Shown: positions 10,413 to 19,935, counted from the stretch's first letter. The stretch: DNA of 37,029 nt from a bacterium (GCA_030615855.1 JAUWYL010000011.1:1-37029); one strand, 5' to 3'. Numbers and translations: made by a program. Notes: generated by a model from the letters alone, not told the origin.

Positions 10413-11353
10413 TATTCCTCCGCTATTAGATTGCTCAACCTTGCAAACTCTTCCAGGCTCAGGGTTTCTCCTCTTCTCAAGGATTTAATATCCGCTTTCT
10501 CTAAGATTTCCAAAACTTTTTTCTTGCTCAATTTTAAATCCTTTGTTCGACTGAGAGCATTCTTTAGGGTCTTCCTTCTCTGTTCAAAGGCAGCTCTCAC
10601 CACCTTGAAGAATAACTCCTCATCCTTGACCTCGACCGCTGGCTTCTCCAGGACCTCTAAATTCACTACACAAGAGTCAACCTCTGGCTCGGGAAGAAAG
10701 GCACTCCTGGGAACCTTAACCGTAATCTGGGGCCTGGTATAATACTGAACCAATAGAGACAGAGCCCCATAATCCTTAGTGCGGGGCTTAGCTATCATCC
10801 TTCTTCCCACTTCCTTCTGAACCATGATGACGATACTAGACAGGATTTTCCTCGCCTTCAGAAGATGGATAATGATGGGGGTAGTGATGTAGTAGGGAAG
10901 ATTAGCCACCACTTTGACTTTGTTTGCCCGACCTGGCTTCGCCAGGTGCCCGCCAGTTCGCCAGTCTGCCAGTTTGCCAGTTTTAAACTGGGTAACTGGG
11001 TAACTGGGTAACTGGGTAACCAATTTCTTAAGATTTATCTTGAGAATATCAGCATGGATGATTTCTATGTTGGAATAGGGCCTTAAGGTTTCTTTGAGAA
11101 GTTTAACCAGATTTTCATCGAGTTCTATAGCTAAGACCTTTTGGGCTTTTTCTGCCAACTTCTTTGTCAGGGTTCCCATTCCTGGTCCAATCTCAATGAC
11201 GATATCATCTTTACCAAGATCGGCTACTTCTACTATCCTATTTAGTATTCCTTCATCTATTAAAAAGTTCTGTCCCAGCCTCTTCTTTATTCTTATTCCA
11301 TGTTTTCTTAAAAATTCCTTCGTTATTTTAGGCAAAGCCATCTCTCTAGACAT
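10412..11353 (-). CDS. rsmA: 16S rRNA adenine dimethyltransferase KsgA with a repeat-derived insertion
   Basis: KRLGQNFL, EIGPGMGTLT, VANLPYYITTP, RRKTLKNAL, RRGETLS. Confidence 0.97.
   Translation of the reverse strand: MSREMALPKITKEFLRKHGIRIKKRLGQNFLIDEGILNRIVEVADLGKDDIVIEIGPGMGTLTKKLAEKAQKVLAIELDENLVKLLKETLRPYSNIEIIHADILKINLKKLVTQLPSYPVTQFKTGKLADWRTGGHLAKPGRANKVKVVANLPYYITTPIIIHLLKARKILSSIVIMVQKEVGRRMIAKPRTKDYGALSLLVQYYTRPQITVKVPRSAFLPEPEVDSCVVNLEVLEKPAVEVKDEELFFKVVRAAFEQRRKTLKNALSRTKDLKLSKKKVLEILEKADIKSLRRGETLSLEEFARLSNLIAEE
10926..11020. repeat. In-frame insert in rsmA: hairpin plus two oppositely oriented octamer arrays
   Basis: ACCTGGC-TTC-GCCAGGT (10931-10947) flanked by GCCC; GCCAGT(T/C)(T/C) x4 (10952-10983); AACTGGGT x4 (10986-11017). 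Confidence 0.92.
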
Positions 11354-11369
11354 AATAGGCTATCCTTAG

Positions 11370-11478
11370 AAGGTTACGTTAAAGGGTTAGGGTTAGGAAG
11401 CCCGTATCGGTAACGTTAAGGGATTAGGTAGTAACGTAACCGTAACCGAACTACGAAACGGGTATCGTAACCTTAACT
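11370..11478. repeat. Degenerate inverted hexamer array (GGTTA.. / CGTAAC) between pdxA and rsmA
   Basis: ggttac, gggtta gggtta ... cgtaac cgtaac, cgtaac cttaac; related short copy at 13651-13674. Confidence 0.6.
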
Positions 11479-11480
11479 GA

Positions 11481-12489
11481 TCACCGATCACCTTTCTTTG
11501 CTTTGGCCAATTTGACTGCTAATTTTATAGCTTCTATTAGGCTGGTGGGATTGGCAATTCCCTTCCCCACAATTTCATAGGCCGTTCCATGGTCAACAGA
11601 GGTTCTGATAATGGGGAGGCCCAGAGTAATATTCACCCCCTTATCAAAGGCAAGCATCTTCAAAGGGATTAATCCCTGATCATGATACATACATACCACA
11701 CAGTCAAACTCGCCTTTTAGAGTGCGTTGGAAGACAGTATCTGGAGAGATAGGTCCTTCTGCTTTTATCCCTTTCTTCTTCGCCTTTTTCACTGCCGGAA
11801 TAATAAACTTTTTCTCCTCTTTACCAAATAGCCCTTCCTCTCCTGCATGGGGGTTTAAACCTGCTACTCCAATCCTTGGCTTTCTAATACCAAAATATTT
11901 CATATTATCCCAGGCCAGTCTTATGGTCTGATAGATCTTCTCTTTACTCAAAGAGGAACTTACCTTACTTAAAGGTAGATGAGTGGTTACCAGGACTACT
12001 TTTAAAGGACCTCCCATAAGCATCATGGCATAATTCTTTGTCTTGGTAAGATGGGTTAAAAGTTCTGTATGACCAAGAAACCTAAATCCCGCCCTTTGTA
12101 ATCCTTTTTTATTTACTGGAGCAGTAGTAATAGCGTCGATCTCACCCTCTTTTGCCAAAGAGACCGCCTTCTTTATATAGTCTACTGCTGCTTTAGCAGC
12201 CATTTTATTAACCTTTCCTATTTTGAGGCTTCCAAGCCTGATATTTTTTAAATCTATCAGATCAATGGTCCCAAATTTAAACTCTGCTTCTTCTATTTTT
12301 GAGATAGAATTGATTCGGCAGGAAGACTTCACTAGTTTAATTGCTTTCTGCAATATCTTCCCATCTCCGATGACTAATGGGGAGGAGATTTTATAAATCT
12401 CTTTTTCGCTTAAAGGCCTTTACAATAATTTCTGGCCCAATCCCCGCCGCATCCCCCATAGTAATCCCAATCATCGGTCTTTTACTCAT
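11481..12489 (-). pseudogene. pdxA: 4-hydroxythreonine-4-phosphate dehydrogenase PdxA with a +1 frameshift (pseudogene or sequencing error)
   Basis: ATG at 12489 gives MSKRPMIGITMGDAAGIGPEIIVKA. One extra base at 12412-12414 shifts the frame; removing it gives KALSEKEIYKISSPLVIGD, which joins the 290 aa ORF (TAPVNK, GHTE, GLNPHAGE, MYHDQG, RTSVDHGTA). Confidence 0.9.
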
Positions 12490-12506
12490 CCAAAACTCCT
12501 TAAGTG

Positions 12507-12532
12507 AAAAAAGAGAGCATCCATCCGCTCTC
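12507..12532 (-). terminator. Intrinsic terminator-like hairpin between the surA-like gene and pdxA
   Basis: GAGAGC-8 nt-GCTCTC followed by TTTTTT on the minus strand. Confidence 0.55.
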
Positions 12533-12552
12533 CCTAATTATTTTTCTTGTGA

Positions 12553-13428
12553 TCAGAGTCTGATCTCAATCTCCTGTTTTGTTTTTAGTTTTTCCAGATA
12601 TTCTTTAAGTTTCTCTTCCATTTTCTGGGAAGAGAGGATATTTCTGATTATTTCCTTTACTTCTGAAAGTTTCCTCAATCTCGCTTTCTCTTTCTTTTCC
12701 AGTTTGATGATATGATAGCCAGCCTCTGTCTTAATTATCGGACTTATCTCTCCCTTTTTCAGACTAGAGGCTACCTCTTCAATTCTCCTATCGAGCTGGC
12801 CCCTTTTAAAAGAGCCCAGATATCCTTCCTTTACTGTCTCTTCAAAAGGTGCCCCAGACTTTAACTCTTCCAGTATCTTGCGAGCCTGAGAATAATCCTT
12901 AAAAAGAACGTGTCTTATTTTCACCCTCTCTTCTTCTCTAAACCTTCCTTTGTTCTTCTCATAATAGTCTCTAATCTCTTTCTTTGTTACCTCAACCTCG
13001 GGCTTCACCTCTTTATCAATGAGTTTTTTAATTATGAGTTCTTCTTCATATTTTTTTTCCAAATCCTCTATCTTTATTCCTTCTCGTTCCAGGGCCAGCT
13101 CAAAGGCCTTCTCAGAAAGAAACCCTGCTTTTACTCTCTCAATGTTCTCCTGAATCTCACCTTTTGATACCTTAATCCTCTTTCTCGTGGCTTCCTGAAG
13201 AAGGAGTCTATTCTCAATCATCCTCTCCAGTAGCTCCCTCTTAGAAGGCATTCTTTCCCCTTCAGGGAGAGCGCTCTTTAATTGCTGGTAAGTCTCCCCC
13301 AGTTCAGAGAGGGTAATGATCTCATCGTTTATCCGGGCAACGACACGCTCCACGATCTCGGCCTGGGAATAACTGGTAAAAATCAGTATTAAAAACAGAG
13401 AAAATAGGAAAAATTTATTGGGATTCAT
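12553..13428 (-). CDS. surA: SurA-like periplasmic chaperone/parvulin PPIase
   Basis: Signal peptide, VERVVARINDEIITLSEL, parvulin domain (IRHVLF..GEISPIIKTEAGYHIIKL); surA-pdxA-rsmA synteny. Start set at ATG 13428 with AAGGAG. Confidence 0.82.
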   Translation of the reverse strand: MNPNKFFLFSLFLILIFTSYSQAEIVERVVARINDEIITLSELGETYQQLKSALPEGERMPSKRELLERMIENRLLLQEATRKRIKVSKGEIQENIERVKAGFLSEKAFELALEREGIKIEDLEKKYEEELIIKKLIDKEVKPEVEVTKKEIRDYYEKNKGRFREEERVKIRHVLFKDYSQARKILEELKSGAPFEETVKEGYLGSFKRGQLDRRIEEVASSLKKGEISPIIKTEAGYHIIKLEKKEKARLRKLSEVKEIIRNILSSQKMEEKLKEYLEKLKTKQEIEIRL

Positions 13429-13471
13429 ATTTATTCGCTCCTTACTTGTTATACTTTGAAGGGTTGCACTG

Positions 13472-13623
13472 AAAAAATTAAATATCAAAATTAAATATCA
13501 AAATTACATATTAAAAATCAAGATGATTTAAAACAGCATAGATACACATTAATAGGGTAAGCATAAGTTTAATTTTACATTTTACATTGTCATTTTGCAT
13601 TTTCATTTTTGATTTTTGATATT
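13472..13623. repeat. AT-rich inverted heptamer-type array
   Basis: aaattaaatatca x2, aaattacatatta, aaaatca ... ttttaca x2, ttttgca, ttttca, tttttga x2. Confidence 0.7.
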
Positions 13624-13688
13624 ACACTATATCATTTGGTGCGGGCTTCGTTACCGTAACCCTTAGACGTAACCTATCTCCTTCTATA

Positions 13689-14591
13689 TTATCTCAACAT
13701 TTCTTCATTGATCTCAATCTCTACCCGGACACGGAGACCCAAGAGCCACTCTTTTAATGCCCCCTCCCTTCTCTCAAGAAGGAGCTTCTCTTTAATCTCC
13801 TTTCTGGCCTCTTTCAGACTCAGTATCCGAGGAGTTTTTATCTCCTCCAGCTTAAAGATATGCCAGCCATAGGGAGATTCTACGGGATAGCTCACTTCGC
13901 CTGGAGAAAGCTTGCCCACTGCCTCTTCCCATTCAGCGAGCATCTCTTCCTTAGAGAAGTAGCCCATATCCCCTCCCCGCTCCTTATCCGGACTCAAAGA
14001 TCTCTTCCGGGCCAGTTCTTCAAACCCTTCTCCCTTTCCCAAGGCCTTGAGGATCTCCTCGGCCTCTGCTTGGCTTTCCACCAGAATCTGACGGATCCTG
14101 AACTTCTTTGGTTCTCTGAATTGGTCTTGATGCTCCTGGTAGTAAGCAGTAATTTCTTTCTCGTTCACCTTTATGGGAAGATAGACCTGGGAGGTAATGA
14201 GTTTCTCAATCAGGATATCCTTTCTTATTTTTTCCTTCCATTCCTCAAAGGTTGTTTCCTCCTTATTTAAAAAAGTAATGAACTCGCTCTTGGGATAGGA
14301 ACCCATGGTCTCTCTTATTCTCTGGTTTAACTCCTCATCAGTAACCCTCAATCCCAACCTTCTCGCTTCCTGAAGCTTGAGCCTCTTCTCAATTAATTGA
14401 TCGAGAACCCTTCTCTTTAGGGCAGGGATCTCCTCTCTACTCGGAGAATAGGGTGAGAGGGCTTTATTGAACTCCTCTAAGGTAATGGGCTCTCCATTAA
14501 ACCGAGCAACTATCCCCTTCTCCTCCGGCTTCTTCCTACAACCACAGATTAAAAGCAAAAGAGCCAAAAATAAAAGAATTATTTTTTTCAC
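13689..14591 (-). CDS. PrsA/PpiC-type parvulin PPIase lipoprotein
   Basis: Lipobox-like LLICGC, IRQILV, FEELARKRS, GGDMGYF, VESPYGWHIFK; follows mfd. Confidence 0.88.
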   Translation of the reverse strand: MKKIILLFLALLLLICGCRKKPEEKGIVARFNGEPITLEEFNKALSPYSPSREEIPALKRRVLDQLIEKRLKLQEARRLGLRVTDEELNQRIRETMGSYPKSEFITFLNKEETTFEEWKEKIRKDILIEKLITSQVYLPIKVNEKEITAYYQEHQDQFREPKKFRIRQILVESQAEAEEILKALGKGEGFEELARKRSLSPDKERGGDMGYFSKEEMLAEWEEAVGKLSPGEVSYPVESPYGWHIFKLEEIKTPRILSLKEARKEIKEKLLLERREGALKEWLLGLRVRVEIEINEEMLR

Positions 14592-14786
14592 TTTCTCCCT
14601 CCATTAAATTATTCGTGTCAATTCGTGTTTTGTTTATTTCATTATTTACTTTGCAGTTCGTGCCAATGCTTAATATTAAACGGCGCACTTCGTTCTCCGC
14701 CGTTGATGATTAAATGTTAATCAATTTGATGCTCTCTAGGATGCCAGCAAAGTGCATCCTGTTATTCGTGTTTACAGTTTAACATA

Positions 14787-17700
14787 TCAAAGGAGTTTTT
14801 GCAAAACATTCGATAAAGTTCCTACGCTCTTCCTTTTCAGGAGAAAAGAGATTCTATTCTCTTCTTGGAATATCTTACCTTTAATGAGATTCTTAATATT
14901 TTTAGGAACTTCTTCCTTGCTTCTCCACTTTAGCCCTATTTTTTCTTTTTCTTTAGTGATCTCTACAATCCCCAATCTCTGGGCAAGGATCCTCAAGTCC
15001 ATAATCCCTAATAGATTCTTTGCCTCTTCTGGTAGAGAGCCAAACCTATCCTTTAATTCCTCTTCTAAATCCTTAATCTTTTCTTCTCTTAGGGAGGAAG
15101 CCATTCTTTTATAGAGAGTAATCCTCTGTGTCTGATCTGGGATATATTCTTGGGGGAGATAGGCTTTAATATCCAGAGTAATTTTGGGAGAAGGAAGAGG
15201 AGCAAGAGGCTCTTTCCCCTTTAGTCTGGCCACCGCCTCTTCCAGTAACTTACAGTATAAGTCGAAGCCCACCTCCATGATATAACCCGATTGCTCCGGG
15301 CCTAAGATATTCCCCGCTCCTCGGATCTCCAGATCCTTCATGGCAATCTTAAAGCCAGAACCCAACTCTGTAAAGTGAGAGATGGTGGCCAGCCTCTTTG
15401 CCTGAACAGAAGAGAGGGGATATCTCCTGGGATAGAAGAAGTAGGCGTAGGCCTTATTGCGGCCCCTTCCCACGCGACCCCTAAGCTGATAGAGGGTAGA
15501 GAGCCCGAAGTCCTGGGCATCTTTAACAATGAGGGTATTGACATTCGGGATATCCAGTCCAGACTCCACGATGACGGTAGAGACTAAGATATCAACCTCT
15601 CTTCTTACGAACTTTAGCATCACCTCTTCTAATTCTCTTTCCGCCATCCTTCCATGGGCTATGGCAATCCTTGCCTTGGGAAAGACCTTTTTTAAACTTT
15701 TGGCTAAGCCAGGGATATTTTCTATTCTATTATGGACGAAGTAGACCTGTCCCTTTCTCAAGAGTTCAAATTCAATGGCTTTCTTTACTATCCTCTCATC
15801 ATACTCTGTAACATAGGTAGCGATGGGTAGCCTTCCTTCTGGTGGGGTGTTGACAATACTCATGTCCCAGATCCCGGATAGTGAAAGATGTAGGGTGCGG
15901 GGAATGGGTGTGGCACTTAAGGTTAAGACATCGACCAGCTTTCTCAAGGCCTTCAACCTTTCTTTGTGCCTCACCCCAAAGCGTTGCTCCTCATCAATGA
16001 TGACCAGTCCCAGGTCCTTGAAGTCCACATCCTTCTGGATAAGCCGGTGGGTTCCGATGATGATATCGACCAGTCCCTTCTTCAAATTCTTTACGATCTT
16101 CTCCTGCTCGGTCTTGGTCCGGAATCGGGAGAGCATCTCGATCCTGACTGGCCAGTCGGCGAACCTCTCTCTGAAAGTATGATAGTGCTGCTCTGCCAAA
16201 ATGGTGGTCGGGGTTAAGAGTGCCGCCTGTTTCCCATCCATGGCCGCCTTGAAGGCTGCCCGCATGGCGATCTCTGTCTTGCCATACCCTACATCCCCGC
16301 AGATTAGTCTATCCATGGGATGGGGGTCTTCCATATTTCTCTTCACCTCTTCTATGGCCCTTGCCTGATCCGGGGTCTCGGAATAGATGAAGGCAGAGTC
16401 AAACTCCATCTGCCAGTGGTCATCTTCGGGAAAGGGGTAACCTTTAAAGGCCTTCCTTGAGGCATAGAGGTTCAGAAGTTCCTCTGCCAATTCTCTCACC
16501 CTCTCCCTTATTCTCTCCTTCACCCTCTTCCAAGAGACTCCTCCCAATCTATATATTCTCGGCCGATATCCCTCTGTTCCGATATACTTACTGATAAGAT
16601 GGCTTTTATCTATAGGAATGTAGAGTCTATCCCCACCGGCATATCTCAGAGATGAGAAGTCCATCTCTCCTCCCCCCACCTTCAACCTCTTCAGACCCTC
16701 ATAGATTCCGATGCCATAATCCTGATGGACAACATAGTCTCCTTCTTCTAATTCAAAGAAGGTAGAGATAGGAACCCCTTCCCTATATCTAAACTTCTCC
16801 AAATACTTTCTCTGGCCATATCTTCCGAAGATCTCTTCATCTGTAAGAATGGCCATCTTAAGTCTTAGAGCTAAGAAACCACTTGAGAGTGGCCCTATCT
16901 TTACTTTCAATCCCTTCAAATCCTTGAGAAGTTCAAGGTATCTTTCTCTTTGACCCTGGTTATCGGCAAAGATGAGTATTCTATAATTTTCTTTCTGCCA
17001 TTTTTTTATTCTCTCTTTTAAGAAGTCGATTTTGCGATGGAAGTTTTCCATAGGCTGGGTGGTGAAGTCAATTGCTCCTTCTTGAAAAAATGGAAGAAAA
17101 TGAATTACTTGGTGATGGGTGATGGGTGATGGGTGATGGGTTTCTTCTGTGGCAATTAAGGTATTCTTCGGTAAATAGTCAAAGAGGGTGGCTTTTCCCT
17201 GAGAGGTAAAAGGAATAATCTGGGCCTCTTTTATTCTTTCAATTGACCTCTGGGTAAGGGGATCAAATCTTCTCAGGGATTCTGTCTTTTCTCCAACCAA
17301 TTCTATTCTCAGAGGATTCTCATCCTGGGGTGACCAGATATCTATGATCCCTCCCCGCATGCTAAACTCTCCTCTCCTCTCAATCATAGGGGCTCCCTCA
17401 TATCCCGAAGAGACCAACCTTTTGATAAATCTTTCTCGCTTTAAGTCCTTATTTACCTTTATTTTAGAGGAAAATTTTAAGAAGTCATCTGGCGAGATTA
17501 TTCTCTTTTTAAGTGTTTCTTGCTCTATCACAAGGAGAAAATTGGTAAGGGAAAGAAGATAAAAAAGACAGGACAGTCTTTCATTTGCTCCTTCGCTAGG
17601 AAAAGAGAGAAGGGGGTTCTTAATGCCAAAGATGCGAAGGTTTTCCTCCATCTCGATTCTTTTCTCTTCGTCTGAAGTAATAATCAAGATGGGGCGGGAT

Positions 17701-17837
17701 AATTTCTTAGATAAAGAAGAAAGGAGAAGGGCCTTAGCGCTTCCCCAGAGCCCAGAGACCCTGACTTCTCTCTCGCCCTTTTTTAAATCGTTTAAGACTC
17801 TCTTTAATCCTTTTGACTTCCCAAAATCCATTAGCAT
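14787..17837 (-). CDS. mfd: Transcription-repair coupling factor
   Basis: RGGIIDIW, GDYVVHQDYGIG (CarD-like RID), DRLICGDVGYGKT, IDEEQRFGV, SATPIPRT, QLRGRVGR, DLEIRGAGNILG, DRFG. Confidence 0.98.
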   Translation of the reverse strand: MLMDFGKSKGLKRVLNDLKKGEREVRVSGLWGSAKALLLSSLSKKLSRPILIITSDEEKRIEMEENLRIFGIKNPLLSFPSEGANERLSCLFYLLSLTNFLLVIEQETLKKRIISPDDFLKFSSKIKVNKDLKRERFIKRLVSSGYEGAPMIERRGEFSMRGGIIDIWSPQDENPLRIELVGEKTESLRRFDPLTQRSIERIKEAQIIPFTSQGKATLFDYLPKNTLIATEETHHPSPITHHQVIHFLPFFQEGAIDFTTQPMENFHRKIDFLKERIKKWQKENYRILIFADNQGQRERYLELLKDLKGLKVKIGPLSSGFLALRLKMAILTDEEIFGRYGQRKYLEKFRYREGVPISTFFELEEGDYVVHQDYGIGIYEGLKRLKVGGGEMDFSSLRYAGGDRLYIPIDKSHLISKYIGTEGYRPRIYRLGGVSWKRVKERIRERVRELAEELLNLYASRKAFKGYPFPEDDHWQMEFDSAFIYSETPDQARAIEEVKRNMEDPHPMDRLICGDVGYGKTEIAMRAAFKAAMDGKQAALLTPTTILAEQHYHTFRERFADWPVRIEMLSRFRTKTEQEKIVKNLKKGLVDIIIGTHRLIQKDVDFKDLGLVIIDEEQRFGVRHKERLKALRKLVDVLTLSATPIPRTLHLSLSGIWDMSIVNTPPEGRLPIATYVTEYDERIVKKAIEFELLRKGQVYFVHNRIENIPGLAKSLKKVFPKARIAIAHGRMAERELEEVMLKFVRREVDILVSTVIVESGLDIPNVNTLIVKDAQDFGLSTLYQLRGRVGRGRNKAYAYFFYPRRYPLSSVQAKRLATISHFTELGSGFKIAMKDLEIRGAGNILGPEQSGYIMEVGFDLYCKLLEEAVARLKGKEPLAPLPSPKITLDIKAYLPQEYIPDQTQRITLYKRMASSLREEKIKDLEEELKDRFGSLPEEAKNLLGIMDLRILAQRLGIVEITKEKEKIGLKWRSKEEVPKNIKNLIKGKIFQEENRISFLLKRKSVGTLSNVLQKLL
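17111..17141. repeat. (GGTGATG)x4 heptamer array inside mfd
   Basis: Perfect tandem copies encoding THHPSPITHH. Confidence 0.92.
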
Positions 17838-17847
17838 CCTTAAGATA

Positions 17848-17958
17848 TCCTCGCTACGCTCGGAATCTGATTACACAGATTTTAGGATGATTACACAGAT
17901 TTCCTCGTCAATAACTAATCTGTGTAATCTTGTCTTTAATCGGTGTAATCAAGGATTT
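17848..17958. repeat. Inverted repeat module upstream of mfd
   Basis: TGATTACACAGATTT x2 followed by inverted AATC(T/G)GTGTAATC x2; short degenerate palindrome tcctcgctacgctcgga at its edge. Confidence 0.85.
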
Positions 17959-18002
17959 CTGATTTTTTCAGAAATCTTCTCTAATTTTAGCACAATCTCC
18001 CC

Positions 18003-18039
18003 AAAAACACAAAACGCAGAAGCCTATTAAGACTCCTGC
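18003..18039 (-). terminator. Intrinsic terminator downstream of acr3
   Basis: Minus-strand GCAGGAGTCT-taat-AGGCTTCTGC (with G-U pairs) followed by GTTTTGTGTTTTT. Confidence 0.65.
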
Positions 18040-18144
18040 TTCAATTCATTCTCTGGTGGCGCAGAGTAATAGTGTGCTGTTAGATTGGATTTACAAAATA
18101 TTTAAGGTTAAAGTCATAATGTAGGCAATCTCCCTGATGATTCA

Positions 18145-19326
18145 TTAAATAGCTTTTCTTACCTCAAACCATTTGTGTGTTCTTAGACATATCTTCACCA
18201 ACATTAACATCACGGGAACTTCAATGAGCACTCCCACAACTGTTGCCAGGGCTGCTCCGGAAGATAATCCAAACAACATCGTGGCGGTAGCAATGGCTAC
18301 CTCAAAATGATTGCTGGCCCCGATCATAGCAGAGGGAGCGGCATCTTCATACTGGAGTTTAAGAATTCTTGCCAGTCCATAAGTGAGCCAGAATATGAGA
18401 TTCGTCTGAATGAAAAGCGGGATAGCTATCCATAGGATAGTGAGGGGTTTGGTTAAAATTATGTTACCTTTAAATGAAAAGAGTAAAACAAGAGTAAATA
18501 AAAGTGCAATAATTGATACTGGTGTGAGTAAATGTAAAAATTTCTCCCTGAACCATTCCTCACCTTTTACCTTTATTATCCATTTTCTTGAAAAATATCC
18601 GGCAACAAGGGGCAGGGCGACATAAATACTGATGGAAAGTAATAATGCCTGCCAGGGAACAGGTAACCTGCCTATACCAAGTAGAAATCCACCAAGAGGC
18701 CCATAGAGAACAAGCATTGTTAGAGAATTTATTGCTACCATAACCAGGGTATGTCCGTCATTACCTTTTGCCAGAAAGCCCCAGACGAGAACCATTGCCG
18801 TGCAGGGGGCAATCCCCAGAAGAATACATCCGGCAAGATAACTCCTCCACAGTGGAATCTCAAGCATTTTCAATCCGTTATGCACAACAACAGTGCCAGC
18901 ACCATGAACCGCTCCCACTATCCAATCAGTAGCACCGGGTGGTAGTTTGACATAATCAACCGCATTGGTTCCAATAAATTTCTTGAAAAGAAACCCGAGA
19001 AAAAAAAGAGAGATAGCATACATAGTAAATGGCTTAACAGCCCAGTTGGCAAATAAAGTTAATCCTACTGGCTTGGGAGATTTCCCGGCTTTAAGTACCT
19101 CGGCAAAATCTATCTTAATCATAATGGGATACATCATAAAAAATAAACAGACTGCAATGGGAATGGAAACTACCGGTGCTTCCTTAACATAAATTGCCAG
19201 TCCATCCAGAAATTTCGCCATATTCGGCGCAATTTTACCAATAATAATGCCGGCACCAATGCATAATAAAACCCAGAAAGTAAGATACTTTTCAAAGATA
19301 TTAAGCTTTCTTCCTCCGTTAGCCAT
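18145..19326 (-). CDS. acr3: Arsenite efflux transporter, ACR3 family
   Basis: [53 protein letters not shown]; downstream of arsR. Confidence 0.96.
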   Translation of the reverse strand: MANGGRKLNIFEKYLTFWVLLCIGAGIIIGKIAPNMAKFLDGLAIYVKEAPVVSIPIAVCLFFMMYPIMIKIDFAEVLKAGKSPKPVGLTLFANWAVKPFTMYAISLFFLGFLFKKFIGTNAVDYVKLPPGATDWIVGAVHGAGTVVVHNGLKMLEIPLWRSYLAGCILLGIAPCTAMVLVWGFLAKGNDGHTLVMVAINSLTMLVLYGPLGGFLLGIGRLPVPWQALLLSISIYVALPLVAGYFSRKWIIKVKGEEWFREKFLHLLTPVSIIALLFTLVLLFSFKGNIILTKPLTILWIAIPLFIQTNLIFWLTYGLARILKLQYEDAAPSAMIGASNHFEVAIATATMLFGLSSGAALATVVGVLIEVPVMLMLVKICLRTHKWFEVRKAI

Positions 19327-19353
19327 AATTATTTCTTCTTCAAACGTCCCAGA

Positions 19354-19443
19354 TTAATTATAATCCTTCCCGGCAACCGTTATTAAGATAACAATATATT
19401 CTCTTAAAGCAATTAAACCTGCTTTTAATATTTCTAATAACAT
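19354..19443 (-). pseudogene. 29-codon ORF, possible remnant of a deleted permease gene
   Basis: MLLEILKAGLIALREYIVILITVAGKDYN starts 1 nt after the arsR stop with a GGGG SD; the N-terminus resembles my recollection of ArsP/DUF318 permease starts. Confidence 0.35.
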
Positions 19444-19444
19444 A

Positions 19445-19783
19445 TTACCCCTTCTTGCATTTTTCTCTTATCTTCTCTTTTTTGCATCTATCAAGATTCC
19501 TTAAATCCTGAGTTGATAATTTCAATTCATCTCTTAATCCTTGAATAATCTTATTCTTGCTCATCTTCGGATTTACCGAATAGATAATCCATTTACCCTC
19601 CCGGTAGTTATCAATCAAACCTGCTTCCTTGAGGATTCTCAAGCTATGCGAGATTCGGGATTGCTCCATTTTTAATATAGCTACCAGTTCACAAACGCAT
19701 AATTCCCTTTGTAGCAAAAGCAAATAAATGCGTAATCTGTTTTCATCCGCTAAGGCCCTAAATAATTTACCCATCTTCTCCAT
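19445..19783 (-). CDS. arsR: ArsR/SmtB family metalloregulator
   Basis: FRALADENRLRI, ELCVCEL metal site, QSRISHSLRILKEAGLI, REGKWIIY. Start at ATG 19783 behind GGGGGG. Confidence 0.95.
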   Translation of the reverse strand: MEKMGKLFRALADENRLRIYLLLLQRELCVCELVAILKMEQSRISHSLRILKEAGLIDNYREGKWIIYSVNPKMSKNKIIQGLRDELKLSTQDLRNLDRCKKEKIREKCKKG

Positions 19784-19807
19784 AATTTCCCCCCGTTCAA
19801 TCAATCT

Positions 19808-19843
19808 TATGAACATATTAACATATATTCATATAAATGTCAA
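19808..19843 (-). promoter_or_regulatory. ars promoter overlapped by a putative ArsR operator
   Basis: TTGACA-17 nt-TAATAT; inverted repeat TATGAATATA-6 nt-TATGTTCATA (9/10 match) overlaps the spacer and -10. Confidence 0.75.
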
Positions 19844-19880
19844 GAAAAATTCTGCTGTCCAGGTAATCGCGGACAGCAGA
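19842..19880 (-). terminator. Intrinsic terminator ending the Fe-S/sulfur-relay operon
   Basis: TCTGCTGTCC-10 nt-GGACAGCAGA perfect 10 bp stem, then ATTTTTCTT on the minus strand. Confidence 0.75.
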
Positions 19881-19935
19881 AGATTTTCCTCGGAAACAAA
19901 TAATGATGTTTATCCAACTAAGTAGTAGCGTATCC

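Noticed and set aside
11384-11397. Telomere-like GGGTTAGGGTTAGG
   Set aside because: Only two units, embedded in a degenerate hexamer array; no telomeric or G-quadruplex claim is supportable.
17864-17950. Possible mini CRISPR array
   Set aside because: Units are about 15 bp, two direct plus two inverted, with spacers under 20 bp and no cas genes.
18840-18975. Extra loop in Acr3 (DYVKLPPG...HGAGTVV...[10 protein letters not shown])
   Set aside because: No DNA periodicity, and I recall similar loops in an existing Acr3 subfamily, so it is not counted as a repeat-derived insertion.
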